Shown: positions 43,424 through 54,881, numbered from the stretch's first letter. The stretch: DNA of 64,000 nucleotides from an uncultured Actinomycetota bacterium (GCA_963753435.1 CAVWCF010000001.1:992001-1056000); one strand, 5' to 3'. Made by a program: numbers and translations. Notes: generated from the letters alone by a model not told the origin.

Positions 43424-43728
43424 CTGGGCGAAGCGCTGACGTGATGATGCCGCAATTTAGGTGTCGGATGTACCCGCTTCGCCACCTTGTGAACCCCAGA
43501 TGCCCGCTGGGGGCTTCCCCGCGTGGGCAGGGACGCGATAGCAGTGATTTGTAGGCGTGATTGTGCCTATGTGGGTCATGTTTCACATCACACCGGGAGT
43601 TCTGAAGCCAAGGTTGGCAACCCCATTATGCGTTCGGCCGTTCACTGAATCCTGCTGGCGCGGGCTGGTGCGACCGGCGCAGCCGGCTCCGTGGTCTGGC
43701 ACTATCCCGGCCATGGGGCCGCACGCGG

Positions 43729-45021
43729 ATGCCTAATGGCAAGGGCGCTGAACTGGTACGAGCATTGGGCATCGCCAGTGTCGTGGCCATACCGATCTCC
43801 TTGGTGGCGTTGGCGTTCCTGGCGATCGTCGAGTCGCTGACCGACTGGCTGTGGAGCGACGTCCCAACTGCGGTTGGCTTTGCGGCTGATTCGTGGTGGT
43901 GGGTGCTGCTGATACCAACGATCGGCGGGGGGCTAGCCGGCCTTGCCGTCAGGCACTTGCCAGGAAGCGGTGGGCATGACCCCATCAACGGCTTTTCGGC
44001 GAAGCCCGTTTCGCCCAATGCCATTCCTGGGGTCGCGCTCGCCGCGCTGGCTTCACTCGCTTTCGGTGCGGTCGTGGGACCGGAGGCACCACTGGTGGCG
44101 TTGGGCAGTGCACTCGGGCTGTGGGGGGCGCACCTGTTTCGCCAGTCGGGGAACGTCGCCGCTCTGGCCGCGTCGGCGGGCATCTTTGCGGCGATTTCAG
44201 CTCTCTTCGGCAACCCACTCCTTGCCGCTTTCCTCGTCCTCGAAGCGGTCGGTGCGACGGCGCTTGCTACTCCCCTAGCAGTGGTGGTCCTACCCGGGCT
44301 GCTGGCGGCGGGACTCGGCTATCTCGTGTTCACCGGGGTGGGCGAGTGGGCCGGCATCGCGCCGACGTCATTGGCCATCGACGGCTTGCGTGCCTACCCC
44401 ACCGTGCGTCTGGGCGACGTGCTGTGGGCGGCGGTCATCGGTGTGGCAATGGCCCTTGTGGGGTTCGTAGTGCGCGAAATCGCCGCTCGCTCCCATGCGC
44501 TCGCAGCGCCTCGCCCGGCTGTCGCCGGACCCATTGGTGGCCTGGCCATCGGCGGCGTGGCCCTGGCGTTCGGCGTCTCTGGTGAGAGTCCCCTCAACGT
44601 CTTGTTCTCCGGGCAGTCGGACCTCAGCACGATCGTGGCCCAAGGTCCGGCTTGGGGGGCCGGGATCGTGGCGCTACTCATCCTCACCAAGGCCGTCGGC
44701 TACGGGGTGTCCCTTGGTAGCGGGTTCCGCGGGGGCCCGGTCTTCCCAGCGCTCTTCCTAGGTGCAGCGGTGGGCACCTTTGCCTCGCTGGTCGTGCCTG
44801 GCCTCGACCTGACACCGGCCGTGGTCGCTGGGATGGCCGCCGGTTCGGCAGCGATGCTCAAGTTGCCGGTTTCGTCGGTCATGCTGGCCGTCGTGATCGC
44901 GGGCAGCGCCGGGTTGCAGGCCTCGACTCTGGCGATCGTCGGTTCCGTAGTGGCTCTCCTCGTGACACTGGCGGAGACTTCCCTGCAGTCGCCGCAGACG
45001 CAATCGGCAGACGACGGCTGA
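43729..45021 (+). CDS. ClC-family chloride channel protein (YfeO-like)
   Basis: GSGGHDP, GAVVGPEAP, ALFGNP, GFRGGPVFPALFLG. Confidence 0.88.
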   Translation: MPNGKGAELVRALGIASVVAIPISLVALAFLAIVESLTDWLWSDVPTAVGFAADSWWWVLLIPTIGGGLAGLAVRHLPGSGGHDPINGFSAKPVSPNAIPGVALAALASLAFGAVVGPEAPLVALGSALGLWGAHLFRQSGNVAALAASAGIFAAISALFGNPLLAAFLVLEAVGATALATPLAVVVLPGLLAAGLGYLVFTGVGEWAGIAPTSLAIDGLRAYPTVRLGDVLWAAVIGVAMALVGFVVREIAARSHALAAPRPAVAGPIGGLAIGGVALAFGVSGESPLNVLFSGQSDLSTIVAQGPAWGAGIVALLILTKAVGYGVSLGSGFRGGPVFPALFLGAAVGTFASLVVPGLDLTPAVVAGMAAGSAAMLKLPVSSVMLAVVIAGSAGLQASTLAIVGSVVALLVTLAETSLQSPQTQSADDG

Positions 45022-45042
45022 CCTGTCCCCGCGGTGACCAGT

Positions 45043-45819
45043 TCAAGACCGGCGGCCTTCGCCCATCGTTAGCACCGAAGCGATCAGGAAGAACACCGCG
45101 CCTACGAACGTGCCGCCGTTGGACCAAGTGGCGTTGGTCAGATCGCCAGACGGCTGGACGTAGGCGCCCACGGCGGAGAAACCGAAGAATACCGAGCCCC
45201 ACATGTTGAGTGCGGTGATGTGCCAGTCGCGCTCACCCGGTCGCCACGACCACCACCGGTGCCCGGCCTCGGCGAACGCCAGGGCGGAAGCGACAAGGAA
45301 GCATGCCGAACCGATGGCGTCGGGACGCCAGATGACCCGATCCACCATGTCGGGAGGGACGTCCAGCAGCGCCGCGAACGTGGTGACGTTGAAGTACAAC
45401 GTGCCCACCAGCTGGACAAGACAGGCCCAGTAGCCGATCTCGCCCGGCTCCCACGCGAACCACCGGTGGCTGGCCTGACGGATCACTTGCATGAACGCCA
45501 GATACGAAGCAACGGTGAAGAACAGCGAGCCGACGAAGAAGGTCACCGCCGTGGCCCGGGCGCCCACGGCGGTGGAGTACGCCGGCACCGGGCCGAGGAC
45601 GAAGCAGGTGGAACCGACGATGAAAAGCGCCCCGATCCACCAGGTCAGTCCGCGCCGTTGGCCAACCTTGGCAGCCCGTCGCTCCGCCCGGGCGCCCCAG
45701 TGGTGGCGGCTCCCGTCCGGAAGGTCGTAACTGACTTGGGTGACGAATGGGCGTGGTCCGCTAGCCCGAACATTGGCCGACGCAGGAGGAACCCTGGCTA
45801 CGGCTTTCGCGGCCGTCAA
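45043..45819 (-). CDS. YrhK-like membrane protein
   Basis: Repeated LFIVGSTCF / FFVGSLFFT / TFVGAVFFL helices; TTGA overlap with gadB stop. Confidence 0.75.
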   Translation of the reverse strand: MTAAKAVARVPPASANVRASGPRPFVTQVSYDLPDGSRHHWGARAERRAAKVGQRRGLTWWIGALFIVGSTCFVLGPVPAYSTAVGARATAVTFFVGSLFFTVASYLAFMQVIRQASHRWFAWEPGEIGYWACLVQLVGTLYFNVTTFAALLDVPPDMVDRVIWRPDAIGSACFLVASALAFAEAGHRWWSWRPGERDWHITALNMWGSVFFGFSAVGAYVQPSGDLTNATWSNGGTFVGAVFFLIASVLTMGEGRRS

Positions 45820-47210
45820 TGGCTGAAGGATGCGGTGTTGTTCGGGTCTGGCGGCAGTCGCGCAGGCAGATTCTCCAAGTACGCGGTGGCCGCCCGAAGA
45901 TCATCGAGGAACAGGTCGGCCAGGTCCCGCCCGAATCCGTTGCGAATGACGACGCGCAGCCCGGAGACGTCGGTCAGCGCTTCGGGCAACGAATAGGCCG
46001 GCACCAGCCAACCGCGTTCCCGCATTTTGGCCGACACGTCGTACACGGTGTAGTTGGAGACGCCTGACTTGAGCCGGAACAGGAACACCGGTAGTTGCGA
46101 GCCGTCCGACAGGAGCTCGTACGGACCAATCTCGGCTATTTGCTGGGCGGTGTACATAGCCGCATCGCGGCAAGCCTGCTGGATCTCGCGGTACCCCTCG
46201 AAGCCCAGCCTGATGAAGTTGTAGTACTGCGCAACCACCTGAGCACCTGGGCGGGAGAAGTTCAACGCGAACGTAGGCATGTCGCCGCCGAGGTAATTGA
46301 CGTGGAAGACCAGGTCCTCAGGAAGGTCTTCAGGGGTGCGCCAGATCACCCAGCCAACACCGGGGTAGACGAGGCCGTACTTGTGTCCCGACGCGTTGAT
46401 GGAGCGCACTCTGGGTACGCGGAAGTCCCACTCCAGGTCTGGGTCCAGAAACGGAGCGACGAATCCCCCCGATGCGCCGTCCACATGGATGGGGATGTCA
46501 GGCCCCGCCGAGTTAGCCAGATCGTCAAGCGCGTCAGCGATCTCCTTTACGGGTTCGTACGAGCCGTCAAAGGTGGAGCCCAGGATGGCGACCACACCGA
46601 TGGTGTTCTCATCGCACAACTTCAGCGCCTGTTCGGCGTTCAGTTGCAGCCGACCCTCCTCGATCGGCGCGTAACGAGGTTCGACATCCCAGTAGCGGCA
46701 GAACTTCTCCCACACCACCTGGACGTTGATGCCCATAACGAGGTTGGGTCGGTCACTCGCCAGACCGGCAGCTGTACGGCGTTGCCGCCACCGCCACTTC
46801 AGGGCAAGGCCTCCCAGCATGACGGCTTCGCTCGACCCCGTAGTTGACGTCCCCGTCGCGTTCTCGTGAGCTGGCGAGTGCCACAGGTCGGAGAGAATGC
46901 TCACGCAACGCCCCTCGATCGCAGCCGTCTGCGGGTACTCGTCCTTATCGATCATGTTCTTGTCGGAGGACTCAGCAAAGAGCCGGTCTGCTTCTTCCTC
47001 CATGTACGTGGTCACGAACGTCGCCAAGTTCTGCCGCGCGTTTCCGTCCAGCATCAGCTCGTCATGCAGCAGCCGGTAGGCCACCCGCGGGTCCATTCCT
47101 TCTGCAGGCAGCACGTTCTTTGGTATGCCCTGCCGCATCCCCGGTCGCGCGTATGCGGGCGCGATTGCGAGCCGCTCAAGGTCCAGGATCTCCGATGAAT
47201 GCAGCGCCAT
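45816..47210 (-). CDS. gadB: Glutamate decarboxylase
   Basis: QNLATFVTT, KNMIDKDEYPQT, HVDGASGGF, PLP lysine SGHKYGL, LNFSRP. Confidence 0.95.
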   Translation of the reverse strand: MALHSSEILDLERLAIAPAYARPGMRQGIPKNVLPAEGMDPRVAYRLLHDELMLDGNARQNLATFVTTYMEEEADRLFAESSDKNMIDKDEYPQTAAIEGRCVSILSDLWHSPAHENATGTSTTGSSEAVMLGGLALKWRWRQRRTAAGLASDRPNLVMGINVQVVWEKFCRYWDVEPRYAPIEEGRLQLNAEQALKLCDENTIGVVAILGSTFDGSYEPVKEIADALDDLANSAGPDIPIHVDGASGGFVAPFLDPDLEWDFRVPRVRSINASGHKYGLVYPGVGWVIWRTPEDLPEDLVFHVNYLGGDMPTFALNFSRPGAQVVAQYYNFIRLGFEGYREIQQACRDAAMYTAQQIAEIGPYELLSDGSQLPVFLFRLKSGVSNYTVYDVSAKMRERGWLVPAYSLPEALTDVSGLRVVIRNGFGRDLADLFLDDLRAATAYLENLPARLPPDPNNTASFSH

Positions 47211-47363
47211 ACGGATGAGACTAGGGCCAGACCAGGCCCCGTATCGGGCGAAGTGGAATTCGTTCAGGCGGTGCGAGGAGGCGTGGCACAGAGTCCGGGC
47301 TTCGTCAATACCTCTACTCGGCGGTTGGCGACGCTTGGTCGGCTAATTGCGTACGGCTAGCGT

Positions 47364-47780
47364 TTGTTCATGCCCTCCACGGGTCGACGTGTACTCGTCG
47401 CGATGGTGGTGCTGTTCGTCTGCGATGCCGTCGGTGGTTTCATCGGCGTTGCCACAGGCGCGGAAACTTGGGGCACGGCATGGGGCTTCGATACCCATTC
47501 GACGGTTCCTCTGCCGATGGGAGCCATTCAACTGTTGCTGGCGTGGGTGGCCTCGCGAGACCTGCGCCCGCGCGCTGCTCGCATCGCTGCAGTTGTTCTC
47601 GGCGTGACTTGCCTATTGAGCGTCTTGTTTGGGGCGTTCGACGGCGACCTAGTTGGCACCGTCGCGTCGGACGGCTTCGTCTCGTGGGGGTTCGCCTGGG
47701 GGGTAGTTCTGTTGTGCGTCACCGCAGTGGTCGGTGTACTCGCCTTCATCCGCGCGAGGGAACTCAAACAGCTGCGCTGA
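47364..47780 (+). CDS. Hypothetical membrane protein (about 4 TM)
   Basis: Four hydrophobic segments; ATG at 47370 is an alternative start. Confidence 0.65.
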   Translation: MFMPSTGRRVLVAMVVLFVCDAVGGFIGVATGAETWGTAWGFDTHSTVPLPMGAIQLLLAWVASRDLRPRAARIAAVVLGVTCLLSVLFGAFDGDLVGTVASDGFVSWGFAWGVVLLCVTAVVGVLAFIRARELKQLR

Positions 47781-48027
47781 CCACGCACACTGGCCCGTCC
47801 TCAACAGCGAGGAGGGTGAGCACGCACAAGCACGCTGACTAGCCCCTGCGCCGACTCTTGGGAATCTATTCACCCTCATTGCGGAGCGCTAGGGCTCCAA
47901 CAGGCTCTGCCAACCCCTCTGTGCGTTAAGACATCCACTGAGACGAGGGTGGGTGGGCCCGTGCGCTGAGTAGCCCACATGCTTGGGCCCAACCCATCTG
48001 ACGGGAAGGCGCCCCTAGGGTCGAAAC

Positions 48028-48657
48028 GTGAAGCCACTGACTCGAAGGCTGTGGGACGAGCAGGCTGGCCGGCATCCGGGTGACCGGTCGGCCCTGTTCG
48101 GAGCAGTTGCGTCTTTCGCCCGGCCAGGGAGCGCTCTCTACCCCGGATCGTTCGTTGACGTGGTCCCCTCGTTCCTTATTGACACGGTGACCTACGTGGA
48201 CATGGACCACAGAGCTAGGCAGTTCTTCGAGGACCGACCCGGGGTCGACTCCATCATTGCCTCCAGCGGTCGAGGACCGGGATGGTGGTGGCGGTTCATT
48301 GCCCAGGACTACCGACAACCGCTGCCGGATGATTGCGCACCGGTCGATCTGCTCGTGTCCCTCTTCGCGGGTCCGGTGTCGGCGTACTGCTCAGACCTGC
48401 TCGCACCAGGGGGCTGGCTGCTGGCCAACACCAGCCACGGAGATGTGGCCCTGGCAGCGACCGACCCGCGGTACGAGTTGAGGGCCGTACTGAACCGCAA
48501 CCCTGACGGTCACTACCGAATCAAAGACCAGGAGTTGTCCGGCTACCTCGTTCCCCGCGCCGGCGAACCACCCTCCCGTGCCCAGATCATCGAAACCAAC
48601 CGTGGCATCGCCTACGAGCGCAGAGCGAACTACTACCTGTTTCAGCGCAACCACTGA
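48028..48657 (+). CDS. Hypothetical protein, possibly class I SAM-dependent methyltransferase fold
   Basis: ALYPGSFVD, VTYVDMD, DLLVSLFAG, LLAPGGWLL resemble Rossmann methyltransferase motifs. Confidence 0.65.
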   Translation: MKPLTRRLWDEQAGRHPGDRSALFGAVASFARPGSALYPGSFVDVVPSFLIDTVTYVDMDHRARQFFEDRPGVDSIIASSGRGPGWWWRFIAQDYRQPLPDDCAPVDLLVSLFAGPVSAYCSDLLAPGGWLLANTSHGDVALAATDPRYELRAVLNRNPDGHYRIKDQELSGYLVPRAGEPPSRAQIIETNRGIAYERRANYYLFQRNH

Positions 48658-48733
48658 CGGCCAGTGGGCACCAAGGTGGCTAACGCAGCCTGTGTCCCGC
48701 TATGGGCGGAGCCGGTTGACGAGGTGGAGGCGG

Positions 48734-50293
48734 TCAGTGGAAGAAGTGGCGCACGCCCGTCAAGTACATCGTCATGCCCGCGGCATCGGCTGCCGCTACG
48801 ACCTCTGCATCGCGCACTGAACCGCCCGGCTGTACGACTGCCCGCACCCCGGCGTCGGCGAGGACCTGCAGGCCGTCGGGGAATGGGAAGAACGCGTCCG
48901 ATGCGGCCACGCTGAGTGCGGCTCGCTCCGCACCGGCCCGCGCTACAGCCAGTCGCGCGGAATCGACTCGGTTCACCTGACCCATGCCGATGCCGGTAGT
49001 CGCCTGATCGGCTGCCAACAGAATGGCGTTGGACTTGACGGCGCGGACAGCCCGCCAGGCGAAGTGCAGGTCTGCGCGCACCTGATCCGACGCCGCCGGA
49101 CCGCAGGCCAGGGTCCAGCCGTCCGGGTCGTCACCAGTCGCGGAAATGTCGTCGACGCTTTGCATCAGCAGGCCCCCGCTGACCGCCCGGAACTCAGCCG
49201 AGGATGGCGCGGGACGAACGCGCAGGAGGCGCAGGTTCTTCTTCGCGGCAAGCAGCGGCAGCGCGTCCTCGTCGAACTCCGGTGCGATGAGGACCTCGGT
49301 GAAGATGTCGGCCAACTGCTCGGCCATCTGCCTGGTCACCGGCCGGTTGACCGCGATCACTCCTCCGAAGGCGCTGACCGGGTCACATGCATGCGCCTTG
49401 CGATGGGCCTCGGCCACGTCCACGCCAACCGCGATCCCGCACGGGTTCGCGTGCTTGATGATCGCGACCGCAGGCGCCTCGTGGTCGTACGCGGCCCGCA
49501 ACGCTGCGTCTCCGTCGACGTAGTTGTTGTACGACATCTCCTTGCCGCCGAGCTGCTCGGCTCGTGCCAACCCACCCGTGCCGTGCTCGTTGACGTAGAG
49601 CGCGGCTTCCTGATGCGGGTTCTCGCCATAACGAAGCACGTTCGCTCGCTGCCAGGTGGCCCCGGTCCAGCCAGGGAACCGCTGCCCCGCTTCGGGCGCC
49701 ACCACGCTGCTCATCCAAGACGCAACGGCGACGTCGTACGAGGCGGTGTGCTGAAAGGCCTGCGCCGCCAGCTGCTGCCGCTGGGCCAGCGTGAAGCCGC
49801 CCGAATCCAAGGCAGCAACGATGTCCGAGTACGCGTCCGGAGAAGTCACGACGGCGACAGAAGGGTGGTTCTTGGCCGCCGCGCGAACCATGCTCGGCCC
49901 GCCGATGTCTATTTGCTCAACGCATTCGTCGACCGTGGCACCGGAGGCCACGGTCTCTGCGAACGGGTAGAGGTTGACCACCACGAGATCGAAAGGTTCG
50001 ACATCCAACTCGCGAAGTTGCGACGCGTGCTCGGGAAGTCGCAGGTCGGCGAGAATGCCGGCGTGCACCCGTGGGTGCAGTGTCTTGACGCGACCGTCCA
50101 GACACTCGGGGAAGCCGGTCAGGTCCTCAACCGGGGTGACCGCCACGCCGGCGCCGGCGATACGAGCGGCAGTGGAACCGGTCGACACGATGGAGACGCC
50201 AGCAGCGTCCAGCGCCTGCGCCAGCTCCGGCAGCCCAGACTTGTCGTAGACACTGATCAACGCGCGCTTGATCTGGCGACGGCCTTCACTCAC
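48734..50293 (-). CDS. purH: AICAR transformylase/IMP cyclohydrolase
   Basis: [50 protein letters not shown]. Confidence 0.97.
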   Translation of the reverse strand: MSEGRRQIKRALISVYDKSGLPELAQALDAAGVSIVSTGSTAARIAGAGVAVTPVEDLTGFPECLDGRVKTLHPRVHAGILADLRLPEHASQLRELDVEPFDLVVVNLYPFAETVASGATVDECVEQIDIGGPSMVRAAAKNHPSVAVVTSPDAYSDIVAALDSGGFTLAQRQQLAAQAFQHTASYDVAVASWMSSVVAPEAGQRFPGWTGATWQRANVLRYGENPHQEAALYVNEHGTGGLARAEQLGGKEMSYNNYVDGDAALRAAYDHEAPAVAIIKHANPCGIAVGVDVAEAHRKAHACDPVSAFGGVIAVNRPVTRQMAEQLADIFTEVLIAPEFDEDALPLLAAKKNLRLLRVRPAPSSAEFRAVSGGLLMQSVDDISATGDDPDGWTLACGPAASDQVRADLHFAWRAVRAVKSNAILLAADQATTGIGMGQVNRVDSARLAVARAGAERAALSVAASDAFFPFPDGLQVLADAGVRAVVQPGGSVRDAEVVAAADAAGMTMYLTGVRHFFH

Positions 50294-50891
50294 GTCCGAA
50301 CCTCGTCTTCCTGCCGTCGAGAGTCCATCCCTCGCTGACCAGCCTGGTGACAACCTCCACGAGCAAGAGGCGCTCGACTGACTTGATGCGCTCGTGCAGT
50401 TCCTGCTCGGTGTCGTCCGACTTCACCGCGACCGGCGCCTGCGCGATGATCGGGCCGGTGTCGACGCCGTCATCGACCCAATGCACGGTGCACCCGGTGA
50501 CAGTCACCCCGTAGGCAAGCGCGTCCGCGACCGCATGCGTTCCGGGAAAAGCCGGAAGCAGCGCTGGGTGGGTGTTGACGACCGGGAACGCGCCCAGCAC
50601 TCCGGGACCCAGCAGGCGCATGAACCCGGCCGATACGACCAGGTCGGGCCTAGCTGCTGCGAGCAGTTCAGCCAGGGCCACGTCCCAGGCGCCGCGGTCG
50701 TCGTAGTCACCCGGGGCGACCACGTGCGTCGGGATCCCCGCGGCTTCGGCCCGATCCAGGGCCAGCACGCCCGGGCGGTCGGAGACGACGCCCACGACCT
50801 CAGCTTCCAGTTGTCCGCTGCCTACGGCGTCGATGAGAGCGGCCAGATTGCTGCCAGTGCCCGAAACGAGTACGACGATGCGGGCGGCCAC
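50286..50891 (-). CDS. purN: Phosphoribosylglycinamide formyltransferase
   Basis: [38 protein letters not shown]. Confidence 0.97.
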   Translation of the reverse strand: MAARIVVLVSGTGSNLAALIDAVGSGQLEAEVVGVVSDRPGVLALDRAEAAGIPTHVVAPGDYDDRGAWDVALAELLAAARPDLVVSAGFMRLLGPGVLGAFPVVNTHPALLPAFPGTHAVADALAYGVTVTGCTVHWVDDGVDTGPIIAQAPVAVKSDDTEQELHERIKSVERLLLVEVVTRLVSEGWTLDGRKTRFGRE

Positions 50892-50913
50892 GGCGAGGAC
50901 CGTAGCCCGAGCC

Positions 50914-52305
50914 CTAGCGGCGCAATCGCCCGGTCACACCACGAGCCCGAGACCCGACGGCACGGCCCTGCCGGCCTAGCCACGCGGGCGCGGCCGCCGC
51001 CAAGGCCAGGGGGCGGGCCGCGAGACCGTCGGGCAACTGCGGAACCCGGACACGACCCGCCTCGACCGCCACGATCGCGGCCACACCGCCGACGATCACC
51101 GTCACCGAGAGAGCCACCGGCAAGACCGCCGGGCCCAGCCCGACCAGCCGCTGCGCCCCCATGGACACCTGACTGAGGGCCACGAGGATCCCAACACCGA
51201 GCCCGGCGAACAGACCGCTGAGGAAACCGGCGGTCAGCAGACCGCCCTCCTGGTTGGTGGTCGCGATGCGGCGCGCCACCAGTCCGGCGATCACCCCGGC
51301 GGCCACCGGAAGCAACAGCAACAGCAGGGACCCGGACGGCGCTTCGCCTGGCTGCGGCAACAGGCCGAAGAGCGGGAACGCCGGCAACTCAGCCGACCCG
51401 ACGCCGGTGGCACTCACCTGCACGCCCTCGCCGAGCAGGAACCCGGGCCCGGTAGCGAACGCGACGACCCAAACCGCGGCGCTGGGAATGGCCAGGACGC
51501 ACAAGACGGCGAGGCTCACCGTGCCCCACACGGTTGCGCCTACGTCCGAAACAGCCGAAGTCACCTCGCCGAAGGAGAACAGGACGGCGAGCAGCACAAC
51601 CGCCATGCCACCGGCAATCAGCACCGCAATGGCGGCCGTGGCACCGGCAAGGCCGGCCCGCAAGCGCTCGGGGAAGAGCGAAAGCAGATTCGTGCGACAC
51701 CCCCGGGCGGCACCCGGGATCGAGCCGGCCAGGGCTACACCGGCCACGACCAAGACGTCGGCCAGACCAAAGGTGGCCTCGGCCGGACCTGACAACATGA
51801 GCGGAACCGCGACCAGCAGGTAGCCGAATGTGACGGAGCCGGCGATCGCCCACGCGTCAGCGCTGCCCCGGCCCAGCGCCGAGACGGCGGCCCGCCGGGC
51901 GCTGACCGCACACACCAGCGCAAGCAGAAGGACGGCACCCAGCGGCGCCGCCTGAACCGTGCCGATGATCGGCTCGGGCACCCCCGGCCCGAGGACCACC
52001 GCAGCCGACGTCCCGTGAGCCAGCACCCAGGCCAGCACCCCAGCGCCAACCGGAATCGAAGCGTCCCCGGAGTGCGGGGCCAAAGCCCAGGTGCCGATTA
52101 CGAGGCCGATCATCACCGCGGCGGTACCCAAGGCAGCCAGTGCGCCACCGAGGACCCCGGTGGCCAAAGGTGACCAGGTCCGGACCGCGGGGCGATCCCC
52201 TGGTGAAGTTGCCGCACCCGACCCGCGCGCGCGCAGCTCACGGGCCTGATCGAGGGTCACCCCATGATCGTCTACGAGTCGTCGTGGCGCTTTGGACAGC
52301 GACAC
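50914..52305 (-). CDS. PerM/DUF6350-like integral membrane protein
   Basis: WVLAHG, PLG, GPGFLLG, LPAFPLFGLLP motifs; position between sucD and purN. Confidence 0.8.
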   Translation of the reverse strand: MSLSKAPRRLVDDHGVTLDQARELRARGSGAATSPGDRPAVRTWSPLATGVLGGALAALGTAAVMIGLVIGTWALAPHSGDASIPVGAGVLAWVLAHGTSAAVVLGPGVPEPIIGTVQAAPLGAVLLLALVCAVSARRAAVSALGRGSADAWAIAGSVTFGYLLVAVPLMLSGPAEATFGLADVLVVAGVALAGSIPGAARGCRTNLLSLFPERLRAGLAGATAAIAVLIAGGMAVVLLAVLFSFGEVTSAVSDVGATVWGTVSLAVLCVLAIPSAAVWVVAFATGPGFLLGEGVQVSATGVGSAELPAFPLFGLLPQPGEAPSGSLLLLLLPVAAGVIAGLVARRIATTNQEGGLLTAGFLSGLFAGLGVGILVALSQVSMGAQRLVGLGPAVLPVALSVTVIVGGVAAIVAVEAGRVRVPQLPDGLAARPLALAAAAPAWLGRQGRAVGSRARGVTGRLRR

Positions 52306-52315
52306 GCAACGGCAC

Positions 52316-53197
52316 TCAGCCGGTGACGATCTCCCGCATGAGTCGCGCGGTCTCGCTCGGGGTCTTGCCGACGCGAACGCCGACCGCTTCGAGGGCTTCC
52401 TGCTTGGCCTGCGCGGTGCCGGAGGAGCCCGACACGATGGCGCCGGCGTGCCCCATCGTCTTGCCTTCTGGCGCGGTGAAGCCGGCGACGTACCCGACGA
52501 CCGGCTTGGTCACGTTCGCAGCGATGAAGTCGGCGGCCCGCTCCTCGGCGTCGCCGCCGATCTCGCCGATCATGACGATGGCGTCGGTGTCCGGGTCGTC
52601 CTGGAAAGCGGCGAGGCAGTCGATGTGGGTGGTCCCGATGACCGGGTCACCACCGATCCCCACGCAGGTGCTGAAGCCGATGTCCCGCAACTCGTACATC
52701 ATCTGGTAGGTCAACGTTCCGGACTTGCTCACCAGCCCGATGCGCCCGGGCTTGGTGATGTCCCCCGGGATGATGCCCGCGTTGGACTGCCCCGGGCTGA
52801 TCAGACCGGGACAGTTCGGTCCCACGATGCGGGTGCCACCGGAGTTGGTCGCGTACTGGAAGAACTCCGCGGTGTCCCTGACGGGGATGCCCTCGGTGAT
52901 CACGACGCAAAGCGGGACCCCGGCGTCAACCGTCTCGATGACAGCGCCCTTGGCGAAGCGCGGCGGCACGAAGACGACGGAGACGTCGGCGCCCGTTGCC
53001 GCAACCGCGTCCGGCACCGAGTTGAACACCGGGATGTCGCCACTGCCGCCGTCGACGGCCTGGCCGCCCTTGCCCGGCGTCACCCCGGCCACGACGTTGC
53101 TGCCGGAGGCGACCATGCGCCTGGTGTGCTTGGTGCCCTCGGAACCGGTGATCCCCTGCACCAGGATCCGCGATTCGGAGTTCAGATAGATCGCCAC
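52316..53197 (-). CDS. sucD: Succinyl-CoA ligase alpha subunit
   Basis: VQGITG, GPNCPG, GIGGDP, GEIGG, MGHAGA. Confidence 0.97.
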   Translation of the reverse strand: MAIYLNSESRILVQGITGSEGTKHTRRMVASGSNVVAGVTPGKGGQAVDGGSGDIPVFNSVPDAVAATGADVSVVFVPPRFAKGAVIETVDAGVPLCVVITEGIPVRDTAEFFQYATNSGGTRIVGPNCPGLISPGQSNAGIIPGDITKPGRIGLVSKSGTLTYQMMYELRDIGFSTCVGIGGDPVIGTTHIDCLAAFQDDPDTDAIVMIGEIGGDAEERAADFIAANVTKPVVGYVAGFTAPEGKTMGHAGAIVSGSSGTAQAKQEALEAVGVRVGKTPSETARLMREIVTG

Positions 53198-53208
53198 GTC
53201 AACCCGCC

Positions 53209-54384
53209 TCAGGCCTGTGCGGCCAGTTCGGCCACCCGGCGGGCGGCACCGTCCATCGTGTCCACCATCTCGACGATGTCGTGCTCGGCTTCGTCGAGGA
53301 TGCGCCGCCCTTCGGCGGCGTTATTGCCGTCCAGTCGCACCACCAGCGGCTTGGTGATGGCCTGTCCGTGGCTCTTGAGCAGTTCCAGCGCCTGCACGAT
53401 CCCGTTGGCAACCGCGTCGCAGGCGGTGATCCCGCCGAAGACGTTCACCAGGACCGCCTTGACCTCGGGGTCGGAAAGGATGATCTCCAGGCCGTCGGCC
53501 ATCACCTCCGCGCTGGCCCCGCCACCGATGTCCAGGAAGTTGGCCGGCTTGACCCCGCCGAACTCCGCACCGGCATAGGCGACGACGTCCAGGGTGCTCA
53601 TCACCAGTCCGGCGCCGTTGCCGATGATCCCCACCTCGCCGCTCAACTTCACGTAGTTGAGGTCCTTCTCCTGCGCCCGCTGCTCCAGCGGGTCCGTGGC
53701 GGCGTGGTCGACCAGGTCGGCGTGGTGCGGATGCCGGAAGCCAGCGTTGTCGTCGATGGTGACCTTGCCGTCCAGCGCCACGACGCGACCGTCCGGGGTC
53801 TTCACCAGGGGGTTCACCTCAACCAGGGAGGCGTCCTCCTCGACGAACACCGTCCATAGGTGCATCAGCACATCCACGACCTGATCGAAGACGTCCGGGC
53901 CGAAGCCCGCCACCGTCGCGATCTCACGAGCTTTGGCCTCGTCGACACCGGTGAGTGCGTCCACGGCGACCTTGGCCAGCGCCTCGGGCCGTTCCTCGGC
54001 CAACTGCTCGATCTCCATGCCGCCCTCGACCGAGGCCATGGCCAGGTACGTGCGGTTGGCGCGATCAAGCAGGAAAGAGACGTAGTACTCCGTCTCGATG
54101 TCCTCCGCCGGGGTGACCAGGACCTTCTTGACGATGTGGCCCTTGATGTCCAGGCCCAGGATCGCCTCGGCCTTTTCCGCGGCCTCGTCGGGGTTCTGCG
54201 CCAGCTTGACGCCGCCCGCCTTGCCGCGACCACCGGTCTTGACCTGGGCCTTGACCACCACCAGACCGCCGTGCTCGGCGGCAGCGGCGCGAGCCGCCTC
54301 CGGTTCGGTGACCACGGTCCCGGATTGCGTTGGCACGCCGTGCTTGGCGAACAATTCCTTCGCCTGGTACTCGTACAGATCCAC
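53209..54384 (-). CDS. sucC: Succinyl-CoA ligase beta subunit
   Basis: [34 protein letters not shown]. Confidence 0.97.
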   Translation of the reverse strand: MDLYEYQAKELFAKHGVPTQSGTVVTEPEAARAAAAEHGGLVVVKAQVKTGGRGKAGGVKLAQNPDEAAEKAEAILGLDIKGHIVKKVLVTPAEDIETEYYVSFLLDRANRTYLAMASVEGGMEIEQLAEERPEALAKVAVDALTGVDEAKAREIATVAGFGPDVFDQVVDVLMHLWTVFVEEDASLVEVNPLVKTPDGRVVALDGKVTIDDNAGFRHPHHADLVDHAATDPLEQRAQEKDLNYVKLSGEVGIIGNGAGLVMSTLDVVAYAGAEFGGVKPANFLDIGGGASAEVMADGLEIILSDPEVKAVLVNVFGGITACDAVANGIVQALELLKSHGQAITKPLVVRLDGNNAAEGRRILDEAEHDIVEMVDTMDGAARRVAELAAQA

Positions 54385-54428
54385 GCCTGGTGTCCTCTTT
54401 CGCGGGGGTGGGCGGCCTCGAACCCTAG

Positions 54429-54881
54429 TCAGGCGCCCACATTGGTAGTGACCCAGTCCACGATCTCCCGGGTCGGGGTTCCAGGGGTGAACACGTGAGC
54501 CACCCCGGCTTGCAGCAGTTCCGGGATGTCCGCCTGCGGGATGATCCCGCCGCCGAAGACCACGATGTCGGTGGCGTCCTTCTCCGCAAGCAGTCGCACC
54601 ACAGCGGGGAACAGCGTCAGATGCGCGCCGGACAGGATGGACAGTCCGATGGCATCCGCGTCCTCTTGGATCGCGGTTTCGACGATCTGATCCGGCGTCT
54701 GGTGCAGCCCGGTGTAGACGACCTCGATGCCGGCGTCGCGCAGCGCCCGGGCCACGACCTTGGCCCCACGGTCATGACCGTCCAGACCGGGCTTGGCCAC
54801 CACCACGCGCAACGGTGCCGCTTGCGCTTCCGGGCCCTTGCCGGGCGCAGAAGCTGCCGAACCTGATGGGGAGGCGGACAC
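54429..54881 (-). CDS. Cobalamin-binding small subunit of an acyl-CoA mutase
   Basis: [12 protein letters not shown] (DxHxxG), SILSGAH, GGIIP, FTPG; GTG start 6 nt after TACGCT. Confidence 0.92.
   Translation of the reverse strand: MSASPSGSAASAPGKGPEAQAAPLRVVVAKPGLDGHDRGAKVVARALRDAGIEVVYTGLHQTPDQIVETAIQEDADAIGLSILSGAHLTLFPAVVRLLAEKDATDIVVFGGGIIPQADIPELLQAGVAHVFTPGTPTREIVDWVTTNVGA

Noticed and set aside
43424-43728. Possible fluoride riboswitch upstream of the ClC gene
   Set aside because: No match to the crcB motif seen, and the ClC lacks the GNNLI/GREGT signatures of fluoride exporters
50892-50913. Possible ZTP riboswitch upstream of purN/purH
   Set aside because: The spacer is only about 22 bp and purN looks leaderless
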